Made by a program: the position numbers and the translations under genes. A DNA stretch of 63,917 nt, counting the filler, from Octopus bimaculoides (taxonomy: Eukaryota), in the NCBI RefSeq assembly GCF_001194135.2. It is 5 parts of 5 records of this genome, joined end to end, with 100 filler letters (N's around TTAATTAATTAA, not from the genome) between each part and the next. Parts side by side here need not be neighbours in the genome. Positions count along the whole stretch, not along the records: positions 1 to 29,713 come from NC_069004.1; 4 more parts are not named here. One strand, written 5' to 3'. Within the stretch, counting starts at the first letter, position 1. The number at the start of each line of letters is the position of its first letter. The notes beneath the pieces are model-generated. The model was not told where the DNA came from. It ran no database searches and was given only the letters and a program-made list of their open reading frames with translations. Below are positions 1 to 13,415 of the stretch, piece after piece.

Positions 1-754
1 ATATATATATATATATATATATGTGTATATCTGTGTCGATATACGCGTGTATGTTCATACGTCTGTATGCATTTGCGCGCATTGGCGTTTGTGTGCATGC
101 ACTGGTGAGTGTGGAAACCCGAGAGGTGTGAGATTGACAGAGAAGAGAAAAATAAAAGAGGAAAAAGAAGCAGAGATCAGTGACAGAGAGAAGACAGAAA
201 GTGAAAGAACGAAAGAAAGAAGGACAGAAAGAAAGGAAGAATGAAAGACAAGAAGAAAGGAAGAACGAAGAAGCGAAAGAAAGATCCCATCAACAAAATA
301 ACATATTATGATGACGCATATTGTGCTACTCGAGGTATATTGTCAATTAATAGTATTTCTGCGATTTTTTGCTAAGAAACCTAACAGTGACAGCCTGGAA
401 TCTATGACCAAGATACTTTCCGATGTTAGACTTTCATTATATAGAAACATAAAATATAATCTTTTATGAACTTTGTATGGTCTTCGTTTTTTTTTTTCTG
501 TTTTTTTTTTTTTTTTTTTTTTTTGGTAAATATTCTGTGTTCAAGGAGCTTGCCCACTTTTATCAGTTTAATGCTATGGTTGTAAGTTTATTCATTTTAT
601 ATTTTAGAAGTAGTTGAAAAGAATGTGTGTTTGTTTGTTTTTTGTTGTTTTTTTTATCTACTTCCATTGACGTGCTTATCTGCTTCCATTGACATGTCTA
701 TAAATAAGCACGGTTAGAAGTGGTTGAAGTTTCGACTTCCCTACGATCTCAAGC

Positions 755-1056
755 TGTGATCGATCGGTTCATTGTGATCGATCGGTTCATTGTGATCGAT
801 CGGTTCATTGTGATCGATCGGTTCATTNNNNNNNNNNNNNNNNNNNNNNNNNNNNNNNNNNNNNNNNNNNNNNNNNNNNNNNNNNNNNNTCATTATGATC
901 GATCGGTTCATTGTGATCGATCGGTTCATTGTGATCGATCGGTTCATTGTGATCGATCGGTTCATTATGATCGATCGGTTCATTGTGATCGATCGGTTCA
1001 TTGTGATCGATCGGTTCATTGTGATCGATCGGTTCATTGTGATCGATCGGTTCATT
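755..1056. repeat. 18-bp tandem minisatellite (GATCGATCGGTTCATTGT)n, interrupted by an N gap
   Basis: Near-identical head-to-tail units read directly; occasional CATTAT variant; no spacers. Confidence 0.97.
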
Positions 1057-1559
1057 ATACAAAAATGTGCAGAAACCCATTATAAGTATGCTTTGTGTGC
1101 ATTTATTTATCCGGGCCGGATTAAGACTCATAGCAGCCCTAAGCACTTAAAAGATTTTGATGCCGCCATATTTAATTGTAATTCAAAATATAAGAAATAA
1201 TAGACCGTAAAAAAGATTTTTATTTTTCAAAATAAAACATAACTGATATTATGATGGGAAATAATGTTTATTTTTTATCCTCTCAGTTTATTTATTTTCG
1301 AAGAGTTTTCTCCTGTTTTTCATAATTGCAAAGTCTTTGATCATATCCTCACTATGACACCATGAACACATCTAATATTATTTTAGCAAGTTTAAAGTGA
1401 TTTCTTTTGTGTTGTAAACCATTTACCATTTCTGTGATGTCCCGCCTCCTCTGAAGCCCAAAGCGTCTGCTTATTTTGCTTAATAGTTTATCTACTGCTG
1501 TTGTTTACGTATGTGTATGTATTTTACTTATGCACGTGTCATTTCTTATAATCCGCAAA

Positions 1560-1725
1560 TTTATAATTCTCTTTCTGTTTATTTTATCTTATTCTTTTCT
1601 GCTGAAGAGCGTAGGCTCGAAACGTAAAATACTTTCTCACTTTCGCGAGCGTCAAACTAATACACTTGCTTGTTGTTCATACACCTGTCTTCGTCTTTTG
1701 TTTCTCTGTAAATTTCAACTACATA
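1560..1725 (+). mobile_element. Dispersed repeat, probable Penelope-like element terminus with minimal hammerhead-like motif (copy 1)
   Basis: TTTTCTGCTGAAGAGCGTAGGCTCGAAACGTAAAA followed by GAGCG..CTAATACA..CACCTGTCTTCGT; homologous copies at ~61.4 and ~63.6 kb. PLE assignment is inference. Confidence 0.6.
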
Positions 1726-2738
1726 TATATAATATGGGCTTCTAGAAGACACTTTCTCATTTACGCTAGGACAATGCAATAACATTCTCATGAGGAATAT
1801 GCATACATACACACACACTTATATGCATACTTGTGTGTGTGTGTGTGGATGGGGATTATGTATATTTTGTATATATGTATGTATGTGAGCGTGTGATTAT
1901 GTTATAAAGCAAGGAGTGAGTACGAAACTGAGAGAGATCAGTTGTGAATTTGGTCTATCGATTGACTGGCTGGTAGTAACCTTTGAATTCCTTGGGGGTT
2001 TGTCAAGAATTTGAAAAAGAGCAAAACGCGCGCGCGCAGCCTGCGTATGTATGTATGTGTACGCGTGTGCGTGTGTGTGTGCTATAGTAAGGATAGTAGC
2101 GAGAGAACGAGGAAGAGAGTGATGGGGAAAAAGTAGGCAGAGAGAGAGAGAGAGAGAGGAAAGAGGAAAGCGGGAAAGGTGGAGAAATGGGAGAAAGAGA
2201 GAGCGCGATAGAAAACAGTTGTATTTGGAATGAAATAGAGACATGGCGAAGTAATTAAATTTAGTAGGTTTTGAGAAAAGATAAGAAAAATGAAGAAATA
2301 GAGAAAAGAAGGGAAATGGAATAGAGGTGAAATAAAATAAATAATAATTCTCAAGTTACGAAATCAATAGACGAATGTCTATTTGATAATTATAGTTGCC
2401 TTCACAATCAACATTATCCCGTGAGGAATATCGAAATTTTGGTAAGAGAATAGCTATGTAATTTCAGTTTAACAAAAATGGTTTAAATTAGAGAAGAATA
2501 CAAGAAAAAGTTAAAAATTAAATGAGCAATAATGAAATAATGATAAGCGATTAATTAAATTGAAATTTTAAACTTTTTGGATTCAAAAATAGAGGAGTAT
2601 TATACATCTCCAATTAATGGTTAAGGTATGACATAAGAATTTTCGATAATGATTAGAAGAAACTTGGGTATCTAAATCATAATATCATCTACAATAATAT
2701 AAACATGAACGAATAAAATATTATATAATCGATTCGTA

Positions 2739-2783
2739 GCACTCCGTCGCTTACGACGGTGAGGGTTTCAGCTGATCCGATGA
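2739..2783 (-). mobile_element. SINE 3' tail fragment (tail X)
   Basis: Reverse complement of the ...CGTCGTAAGCGACGGAGTGC end seen at 54,770-54,793 and 6,020-6,042. Confidence 0.8.
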
Positions 2784-4374
2784 ACACAACACAGAACGTT
2801 TGTGACAAGTATGAACACATTCACACATTAACAAAAGTTGTATTTCAAAGAATGGAAAGAATCTCTACCTTTTGAACTCAAACAAATCATCGGGAAAAAA
2901 ATATTAGATGTGTAAATATGGTAGGAAAATGTCGGGGCCGTGTAGGTAAGCAGTTCTCTTGGCTGGAATAAAGATACACATATATTGCCTGAAGAAATAT
3001 GAGATGTAGTTTTCAATGTAAAACTGTAAATATTTTCGTTATTTTCTATCGGTCGGATGTCATGAATGTGACACAAGTATCAAGAGAAGTACATTGAAAA
3101 GAAACAAACTTGATCTCTACGCCTTGCTTTCAAATCAATGAAAACAATACACAGCTTTTTGCTTACACCTTAAGAATATATGTCTATGCGCATGCGTGTA
3201 CACACATGCATATATAATATATATATATTATACAGTATAATATATATACAACTCACTTATTATTGTCATATCATAAACAAACACTATTTCATGGCTTTCT
3301 CTTCTAAAAATACACACATACAGGAGGAGTAAATTATACGTATAATTATACTTTCACTCTGGCTCCCGATAAACAGTAAAAGTAATTACCCAATCAACGA
3401 CGGGTTTTACTGCTAGCATATGTATGTACGTATGTATGTATATATGTATGTATGCATGTGTTTGTTTCTGTGTCTGTGTGTATGTGTCTGCATCTGTGCA
3501 TGCATGTACGAGTATATTTGTATGTGCGTTAATGTGTAGTAAGATTCATCTATATGTTTGTAATGTATATTCTCTTCCACCGTTTTTCTTTCACTATTTT
3601 ACGAGCAGGCTATTTGAAAAACACTTATTCTGCAGCTGTACCTCCAATTAAATTTATAAGCATGTATTCTGGAAATAGATGCAATTCACGTTATGCAAAG
3701 ACGTTCCTTCCTTGATCTGAAATCAGTTTGATACCAGTACCTTTGAGTCGTTTTTGACAATATACGAATGTGTGTGTGTATGTGCGCACTTACATGTGTG
3801 TTTGNNNNNNNNNNNNNNNNNNNNNNNNNNNNNNNNNNNNNNNNNNNNNNNNNNNNNNNNNNNNNNNNNNNNNNNNNNNNNNNNNNNNNNNNNNNNNNNN
3901 NNNNNNNNNNNNNNNNNNNNNNNNNNNNNNNNNNNNNNNNNNNNNNNNNNNNNNNNNNNNNNNNNNNNNNNNNNNNNNNNNNNNNNNNNNNNNNNNNNNN
4001 NNNNNNNNNNNNNNNNNNNNNNNNNNNNNNNNNNNNNNNNNNNNNNNNNNNNNNNNNNNNNNNNNNNNNNNNNNNNNNNNNNNNNNNNNNNNNNNNNNNN
4101 NNNNNNNNNNNNNNNNNNNNNNNNNNNNNNNNNNNNNNNNNNNNNNNNNNNNNNNNNNNNNNNNNNNNNNNNNNNNNNNNNNNNNNNNNNNNNNNNNNNN
4201 NNNNNNNNNNNNNNNNNNNNNNNNNNNNNNNNNNNNNNNNNNNNNNNNNNNNNNNNNNNNNNNNNNNNNNNNNNNNNNNNNNNNNNNNNNNNNNNNNNNN
4301 NNNTACATATATACATGTACATATATTTACGTATATACACACACATAATCTATACATTTATACATACATACGTA

Positions 4375-4407
<33 letters not shown>

Positions 4408-5600
4408 AAAACTTATCTATATGTTAAACTTGACTATTTCTCTGTAGATTGAAAATGATAAACAACCTTAAACGAATTTCGACCGTTACTTCGCTCTGAT
4501 CAGAGGTGTCTCCATCATGTGACCAATCCCAGAAAAGCATGTAGCCAATCTGTTTACATACACGTTATATCTAGTAACTCCACAGAGCTGAGTTACGAAA
4601 TTGCATGCGCGTGCTTACGTGCGTGTGCGCGTGAATGTGTTTGCTTGCGTGTCTGCGTGTGTGTGTGTGAGTGAGTTAGTGTGTATGTATCTGTGTGTCT
4701 GTGTCTGCATGCTTATATTTTTATGAAAAGTGGTGGTAGAGAGCGGGCGAGCGAGTGAAGGAGATAAAAAAAAAAGAGAAAGGAAGGAAAGAAGTAAGGA
4801 AGGAAGGAAGAAAGGAAGACATTGTTGCACGGAAACAAATTGAAAAATGACAATGATCTGTGAATGATAAAATGTTTTAAATTGCAAGAACAAAATGTCT
4901 GAACGATGGAAGACAATGAAACAAAAACAAACGTGAACCGAAAAAAAGTACAATATCGACTTAGACAAAGAAAACGATACAAAGCTTTCATTGTTTTAAG
5001 GAGTGCATTTGCCTGTAAGGAAATACAACTTTAAGATGAGTTTGATATGAAAAATAGATGTAATGTAAATATTTCCACAAATAATTTCAAAATAGGTCAA
5101 AGAAAAATGTTATTATTTATTTTAATGGAAAATAATTGAATAGTGCAATAAAAAGAAGAAGAGTGGTATATGCTGCAGTAAATAAAAGTATTTTAAGGAA
5201 ATAATTGGATAGAGCCGTAAAGACAGAGACAAAATGACAGAAAGGGGAGAGAGAGAGAGAAAGTGAATAATATGCTGCAAGGAACGAAGCTTAGCTCTGT
5301 GACTGAAGCATGTTCAATTATGGAAAAGTGGAAAACCTCATTCTGATAAAAATATATTATAATTTGAATGTATAAACATTTTCTAGATATATTAATCTTT
5401 AATACATAATTTCTGTTAAGGAAAGCTTCATAATTTCAGTTAATTAAGAAGTAGCTTTCTGTCTTTGTGACTGTCTGTCTGTCTATATAGCTTTATCGAA
5501 TTTTTCATTAAAATATATTTATTCACAGCAGCACACACCACCCTCCCTCCCTCTTTCTACAGCCCTATTCCATTGTCTTCATTAACCTACTTTGAGAATA

Positions 5601-6042
5601 GGCGTGGCTGTGTGGTAAGAAGCTTGCCACCCAAATGCATGGTTCGGAGTTCAATCTCATTGCGTGGCACCTTGGCCGAGTGTCTTCTAGTATAGCCACG
5701 GGCCGACCAAAGCCTTGTGGAAAACTGAAAGAAACCCGTCGAATATGTGTGTGTGCGTGTGTGTGTTTGTGGGTGTCTTTGTGCCTGTATTTGTTCCAAC
5801 TGCACCGCTTGAAAATTGCTCTTGGTGTCCCTGTAATCTTTGTGCTTCGGTAAAAGAGACCGATGCCTGTAATTCAAAGGACCAGCCTTGTCACACTCTG
5901 TGTCACGCTGAATCTCCCTGAGAACTACATTAGGGGTACACGTGTCTGTGGAGTGCTCAGCCACTTGCACGGTAATTTCGCGAGCAAGTTGTTTCGTTGA
6001 TCGTATCAGCTGGCACCTTCGTTGTCGTAACCGACGGAGTGC
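5601..6042 (+). mobile_element. Composite tRNA-derived SINE ending in tail X
   Basis: GGCGTGGCTGTGTGGTAAG head, GGAGTTCAATC B-box-like motif, (TG)n linker, then tail shared with 52.6 and 54.6 kb copies. Confidence 0.85.
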
Positions 6043-6096
6043 TCCTATATGTATCTATGTATTATGTTTATTTACGTAAACATATANNNNNNNNNN

Positions 6097-6144
<48 letters not shown>

Positions 6145-6469
6145 CACGCGTGTGTGTGTTTATATTTATAAATATATCGACACTGGACTGACTTCGATTA
6201 CCGATAATCTTAAGAGAATAATGGATAAAAGCTTACACTTCTGTTTATTTTCCTCTGTGATGTGTTGCATATGTACAAAGAATAGTATGTAGTTTTACAT
6301 CGAATGTACTAGATCTATGTCTATTTACATTAATGTAAGGTGCGACAAATTCTATTGTTCAAACTTTTTAATGTTTACATTCATGTACAATTCTGCGACA
6401 AATAATCACTGATGTTATTGTCTGTTCATAATAAAGAATGCAATAAAATTCATACCATCCTTTGCTGAC

Positions 6470-6870
6470 GACATCTTATTTGACGATAACGAAATCGAGA
6501 TAGACAGTAACGAATCAAAACTGTCGGCAAGAAAAATGATTGTAATTAAGAAAGGAATTTTATTATGCAAAACTTGTTATCCATTACAAAACTTTTTAAT
6601 ATATAAATACTTTTACAATTCTGTGACAAATAATTACTGATGTAAATGTCTGTTCTTAAAAAAAATTAGATTCGCTCTATCCTACAGTAACGGTAGTCAA
6701 CTGAACTATGACGGAATTAAAGTTGACGATAGGGAAATCGCGATGGATGACAACGTAATAGATACAAACAATAAGGGAATTTAATCTGACGGTGACGAAT
6801 TTGAGGTTGACGTAGACGAGTATGAGGTTGACGTAGACGAGTATGAGGTTGAAAGGGTCGAATCTAAATG
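6470..6870 (+). repeat. Degenerate 21-bp repeats reading as acidic heptads
   Basis: GAGGTTGACGTAGACGAGTAT about x2.5 at 6,804-6,852; frame reads SDGDEFEVDVDEYEVDVDEYEVE with nearby stops. Confidence 0.6.
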
Positions 6871-7015
6871 GGAAATCTTGTAATTTTAAAGGCGCATTTG
6901 TATATTTTCAGCAGCCTGCTATATTTATGTTAGGAGAGAGACTTTTGACTGGTCTAAGTAAAGCTTATAAATGATTATGTTTTATAATGAATTTAAAGTT
7001 AAGACCGAATATTGT

Positions 7016-7120
7016 GGAGGCGCGTGGCTTAGTAGTTAAGGTGTTGGACTCATGATCCTAAGATTGTGGTTTCAATTCCTAAACCAGCTGACGCCTTGTG
7101 TTCTTGAGCACAACACTTCA
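7016..7120 (+). mobile_element. SINE tRNA-like head fragment
   Basis: GGAGGCGCGTGGCTTAGTAGTTAAGG A-box-like and GGTTTCAATTCC B-box-like motifs, then TGTGTTCTTGAGCA body; no 3' acceptor arm. Confidence 0.8.
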
Positions 7121-9195
7121 GAGAAGTAATGAGGATGACGGAGAAAAACTTTTTTTTATTATAATTAAGATCATACAGTATATTTTACCAGATATCTACT
7201 TGATCGATTGAAGCAACAACACAAATGAAAATATTAAGAAAAAATAAAATTAATAATAAAATGGTATGTTAAAATAATGCAAAAACCTTATAAAGTTTAA
7301 ATTAATCATATGAAATAAGCCATCGCAGTAATTTATGAAGTGAGATGTTTGTTTGCCTATGACTCTAAGGTCGTGAGAAAATATTAACTTGAGTGGAAAG
7401 CATACTGTTGTTCTATTAAGAAATTTGATGCGCCTCGACAGGAAGAAGATTGTCCTGTAAATCAGAATAATGGATTTGAATGAGAGTTTAGAGAGATAGT
7501 CTGAATTTGAATAATTATGATGTTATCAAATTGTAGAAACATGGGTTGCTATCAAGAAATAAATTTGAATATTAAATAGGAAGCAGTATGTATTTATAGG
7601 ATTTAAATTGAGGTAGTTTTAACATTACTTGCGTGCGAAAGAGAAAAATATAAAGACCCCTGGCATATAATAAGGGCACATTTGATCGGCATTAAAGCTT
7701 TGTGATCGCTATTAATGAATATATGATAGCGCCATCTTTAATACAGTGCATCTCAAAATAGATCGTTCCAACCCACTAGCGGTGTGTGGCATGGAAAATG
7801 TTACATTTGTTCTGCGTACTAAGAGGACGGAAGTTGATGTTAGAAGCCTGGCTTTTGTCATTGTCTGCCGTTTAAGTATTTTAGATTATATCCTGTTTAA
7901 AATTTTAATCGTAAAATTTTAAACCGTAACATGATAAACAGCTTGATTGCTGCAATCAGAAAAAAAAAACGACTACAGCAATAACAATATCACAACGATA
8001 GCATCAACAAATCATAGACGTTGTAAATGAGTGTGATAAATAAGCAAAGCCGAGGATACACCATATATACTTATAATCAATGTATTATATATACGTATAT
8101 ATGTATATATATATATATNNNNNNNNNNNNNNNNNNNNNNNNNNNNNNNNNNNNNNNNNNNNNNNNNNNNNNNNNNNNNNNNNNNNNNNNNNNNNNNNNN
8201 NNNNNNNNNNNNNNNNNNNNNNNNNNNNNNNNNNNNNNNNNNNNNNNNNNNNNNNNNNNNNNNNNNNNNNNNNNNNNNNNNNNNNNNNNNNNNNNNNNNN
8301 NNNNNNNNNNNNNNNNNNNNNNNNNNNNNNNNNNNNNNNNNNNNNNNNNNNNNNNNNNNNNNNNNNNNNNNNNNNNNNNNNNNNNNNNNNNNNNNNNNNN
8401 NNNNNNNNNNNNNNNNNNNNNNNNNNNNNNNNNNNNNNNNNNNNNNNNNNNNNNNNNNNNNNNNNNNNNNNNNNNNNNNNNNNNNNNNNNNNNNNNNNNN
8501 NNNNNNNNNNNNNNNNNNNNNNNNNNNNNNNNNNNNNNNNNNNNNNNNNNNNNNNNNNNNNNNNNNNNNNNNNNNNNNNNNNNNNNNNNNNNNNNNNNNN
8601 NNNNNNNNNNNNNNNNNNNNNNNNNNNNNNNNNNNNNNNNNNNNNNNNNNNNNNNNNNNNNNNNNNNNNNNNNNNNNNNNNNNNNNNNNNNNNNNNNNNN
8701 NNNNNNNNNNNNNNNNNNNNNNNNNNNNNNNNNNNNNNNNNNNNNNNNNNNNNNNNNNNNNNNNNNNNNNNNNNNNNNNNNNNNNNNNNNNNNNNNNNNN
8801 NNNNNNNNNNNNNNNNNNNNNNNNNNNNNNNNNNNNNNNNNNNNNNNNNNNNNNNNNNNNNNNNNNNNNNNNNNNNNNNNNNNNNNNNNNNNNNNNNNNN
8901 NNNNNNNNNNNNNNNNNNNNNNNNNNNNNNNNNNNNNNNNNNNNNNNNNNNNNNNNNNNNNNNNNNNNNNNNNNNNNNNNNNNNNNNNNNNNNNNNNNNN
9001 NNNNNNNNNNNNNNNNNNNNNNNNAACTCTAGTCCCTATTTGATATTTGATTGACTCCAAGATGCCCTCGACCCTGTTACTTGACTGGTATTTTATTTAA
9101 TCGACTAAGAGATGTGGAAAGACAAAATTGAGCTTAGCGAGATTTGAACTTGGAATGTAAGAATCCAAAATACCTAAAAAACATTACATTTACGT

Positions 9196-9230
<35 letters not shown>

Positions 9231-10183
9231 CTTTTGTGCTGCTGTTCGATTATTTAGAAACAGCAGTTAAACATCTATAAAACAAACTAATTGGCTTCTT
9301 TATTCATTTACAAGATTCATTCATTGGACTGCGGCCATTTTGAGGTATCGTATTAAAGTGATTTAGTTCGATCGAATCAATTCCAGATAATACTTCTGTC
9401 TGATATTTATTTTATCGATCTATATTTATCGAATGGTGAACACTTTTCTGCTTTGAAACCAGTGTAGCTTATATTTTTCACTTCCATGGATATTGTAGTT
9501 CTCGTTTGCTATTATAAGTCTTATAAATATAATAAGCTTTTCTCAGTCATCATAATAAATAATATAAACTCCCACAGTGTGATATATATTTTTATGCATG
9601 TAATATCAACTTCTTCTGTACCACACGCCTCTGCTTCCAAAAAAGCAATATCGCAAATTTTTTCGGTAAAGATTCTTGTCCAAACAAAAGTGGATATCAT
9701 AGAAGTTGTACGTTTATATTCCCCACCTATTCAAGGATATAAATGCGTTTGATGTGGTCGGTGAGATATTGACATAATGGTTAACAGTTAAACATACCCC
9801 GCAAACGATATACCCGTTTGTGTTTGGACAATGTCAGTCAAAGCTTTATTGTAAACGGGGGATGACAGAATATACAGTTAGTGAAAGTTAATATATTGAT
9901 ATATGCATAGAAAATTCTCACGGAATTATGGGTAATATAGCCTGATTTTATTTGGTTAGTATATTCCCCTAGATTGCTATATATATATATATATATATAT
10001 ATATGCTTTCGACACTTGGTCACGTTAAAGGGATGTGAGTTCGACTCCCACGCGGATAGGAAAGCCTTCTTTTTTTCTGTCGAGGGCTTATATGCCCCTT
10101 TATTAGACTATTTTCCTTTGTCATTGCACGGTGATCGCCATAAGCTTTAAGCTTAAATAAAAATGCATTTATTATTATTTACA

Positions 10184-10281
<98 letters not shown>

Positions 10282-10924
10282 ATGCATGAATTTATATGCG
10301 TGTGTGTATGTATATGTATAGAGATAAATGATAGAAAATGAAATGAATGACATCCTGTATGTAAATTCATTACAATTGTTTTGACACGTTTTACACCTGT
10401 AGTACATTAGTGAGACGTTTGAGATGTGTAATCATTATCAAACATCATATATATATATACTTCTTATGTACATCCTTACTACAGTAGAGCCAAGAAAGAA
10501 ATAGTATGATAAGGTAAAAATGAAATATATACGCATATCTTTATACATGCACTCCTATCCACTTCTTTTATGCACACTTACATTTTCTAAAGACAGAAAT
10601 AAAAGAGCAAAATCAAAATTACAAAATATACATGTATATATCTAGTTGTATATGCAGATATATACACTTCTTGCAAACATTATGTTCATAAGAAACAATA
10701 GTAGATAATGCATTATGATAAAGTTAAATAAAATATAATAATATAATATACAGACATACAAGTAAAGTAGAATATATCTGTCTAGCTCCAACCTACGTAC
10801 ACATTTCAATATATATATATATATATATATNNNNNNNNNNTATATATACACATATATATATATATATATATTTCGTTTGTAGAAAACATAAATCCGAAGG
10901 AAGCACAATCTAAGATGGGGAAGG

Positions 10925-11181
10925 CCGGTTTGTGGGATTACCATAGGTTTCCCGTCCTTAAAGAGTTTAGCTTTATGGCGTATCGTTGGAGTCCAGCACA
11001 GCCGGAAGTCGATAGCCAAAAGCAAAGTGAGATAATCCCCAATTCTTACCTTTGAGTAGTGAGATATTTCCCCGTCCATATTTTTAAGAGGTCATAGGCC
11101 AACAGATTATCGGGATCTGACGATATGCCATAAAGCTACACACTTTATGTACAGGAAACCTAAGATAATCCCATACACCAG
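10925..11181. mobile_element. Inverted-repeat (MITE-like) element, 66-bp arms
   Basis: 10,925-10,990 vs reverse complement of 11,116-11,181: 53/66 identical by hand alignment. Confidence 0.8.
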
Positions 11182-12316
11182 CAACAGATTTGTTGCTGCT
11201 TATACAAAATAATGAAACGAATGCTAATTTTCAAAAGGAAAAAAATTATTACCTTAAAATAAATTAAATACAAAAAAAATTTTCATTTGTATAAGTTCTT
11301 CAAAAATTACTCTCTCATTTGCACCTGTCAATAATTTTCTTCTTCTCTTTCTCTCTTTCTTCCTCTCCCCTCCCGTCTACATCTTCTCCGTGTTAAGCGT
11401 GATGGGAAAGATATCAGAGTCTATGGGAAATATCAGAGTATATGGAAATATATTCAATAATTCATTTACCCGATTTAGCATATTTCTTGGCGCTCAGTTA
11501 CACTGATGAAATGAATGCTAATTTTCAAAAGAAAAATATTTATTACCTCAAAATATAATTTGAACTTTATTCAAAAAGTAAAAAAAAAAGACTAACTACC
11601 CACCAAATTGATTTTAAAATATACGAGATCATGTACAAACAACGTCTCTGTTTCGATATTTATATATACGTGGTAAATATTCTTTATTAGTATGTTAACA
11701 AGGCGACCAATGGTTTCATGTTTAGAGTTTTTCACACTTATTCAAACGATCCACTGACATCAGTGCACTTGTAGAATTCCGACCACTTCATGAAAGCCCC
11801 ATGGAAGTCCTCCATAAGGAAAATATCCAGAACATTCGTAACATACTTAATCTTCAAAACAACCAATTTTCTATCAGCAATTCAATTATCCCTACTATGA
11901 TGTGAGTGAGACCCATTGTTTAAGGTGTTGTTACTACAGGGTTTTCCCATGTTCTCACTATCCAAATGTCCATCATTACATTTTAGACTAACCAATGTCT
12001 TGCTGTGCCTATCAGCGTTGCTACTGTGGCAATTAATTTGCTTCCATTTTTATTAGAAAATGACACACATCTACTCCTCACATTAAACCATACCTCATCA
12101 TTACTTTCTTTCACTGCATTTTGGACATCGATATTTACTGCGTTCCTTAAATCAATGACACGCGCCTTATACCTTGTTTAAACTTCTTCAATTAAGTGAA
12201 AGAATATCATTAAACTCTCTCCCGCATTTCTCAATGTACTTATTAAATAAATATCATTTTTGTCCATTATACTTCATCATTATTTCCTAACTATAATTAT
12301 TGACATTCTTATTATT

Positions 12317-12508
12317 GGTTTCAATTTTTGGCGCACAAGGCCAGCAATTTTGGGGTCAAGTCGATTACATCGACCCCAATGCTCAACTGGTACCTATTTT
12401 ATCGACCCCAAAAGGGATGAAAAGCAAAGCCGACCGCAGCGGAATTTGAACTCAGAATATAATGACGGGCAAAATGCCGTTAAGCGTTTTCCCTGGCGTG
12501 TTAACGTT
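12317..12508 (-). mobile_element. tRNA-derived SINE (GAGTTCAAATTCCGCCGAGGTCGAC family)
   Basis: Matches copies at 17.6, 27.5 and 59.2 kb; GGGGTCGAT..ATCGAC core and GCTGGCCTTGTGC tail. Confidence 0.88.
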
Positions 12509-12749
12509 TATATATATACTATACGATTTGGCATTTCGCTAAACCAGCTATCGATACGTATGGCAAATATATATACTGACTGAGAGAAGCTAATATATAT
12601 AAAACTGTCATTGAAATGGCTCTCTAGAAGCTACAAAACATCACACTTAACTCAGTGTGCACATTTTAAAGTAGCAGAGACAGGTGTAGGCTAACGAAAT
12701 TGTTAAATATATGACCAATTATTAGATAACATGTTATGGACTATTCTTC

Positions 12750-13270
12750 CTGTTTATGGAAGAGTCTGGAGCGGTGAGCTTCGAAAAATTGACACCTCAT
12801 CGCCACCAGACATTAGTGATATTGTGACGTATAATAATATATCAAGAATATGTGTGAAATATTAGGTACACCAGGGCATAGCGCTTCCTTTCATGCTGCA
12901 TGGAGCTGAAAACTTGGCAGTCTATAAAGTTTAAGTAGACAAGTTTCATATATAAATAATGAGGCAGCTGCGACGAATTATGAATATCACTCTCTTTTAC
13001 AATTTCAGTAACGAAGAGATCCTACAACGTTCTGTTCTGCCTGGATTCCTCATTGATAGGAATTACATCAGGTACACGGGATGCTCAACAACAAACAGAC
13101 GTCACAGACAAACCTTATACTCCCAACCATGCAGGGGGGAAAGAAACCGGGGAGGACCTAGACTGAGATTCAAAGATACTGCATAACGGAATATGAAGTT
13201 GGAAGGAATTGATCATAATAAATTGCAAACTCAAGTGAGAAAGCGACCAATATGGAGAAAGCTTATCCAG
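12750..13270 (+). mobile_element. RTE-clade LINE 3' ORF fragment (decayed)
   Basis: Translates MRQLRRIMNI..SNEEILQRS..LIDRNYIRYTG..QTLYSQ..GERNRGGPRLRFKDT..RPIWRKL, the typical post-RT C-terminus of RTE/BovB ORFs; stops and frameshifts present. Confidence 0.88.
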
Positions 13271-13378
13271 TCATGCCGTAAATTGATTGCGGATAATATT
13301 AACATATTATATTAAGTGTAATGAATTTTAACGACTGGTTATTGGTGTACCATTATGATTAAGCGGCATCATAATATA

Positions 13379-13415
<37 letters not shown>

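Noticed and set aside
755-1056. Possible CRISPR array (also the 30-bp array at 39.4 kb)
   Set aside because: Units are contiguous with no unique spacers, no cas genes, and the context is eukaryotic.
7330-7720. Possible CR1-type LINE relic
   Set aside because: Similarity too weak to support by eye.
11700-12210. Minus-strand frame YKARVIDLRNAVN..WFNVRSRC
   Set aside because: Looks like decayed retroelement coding sequence but I cannot assign a family.
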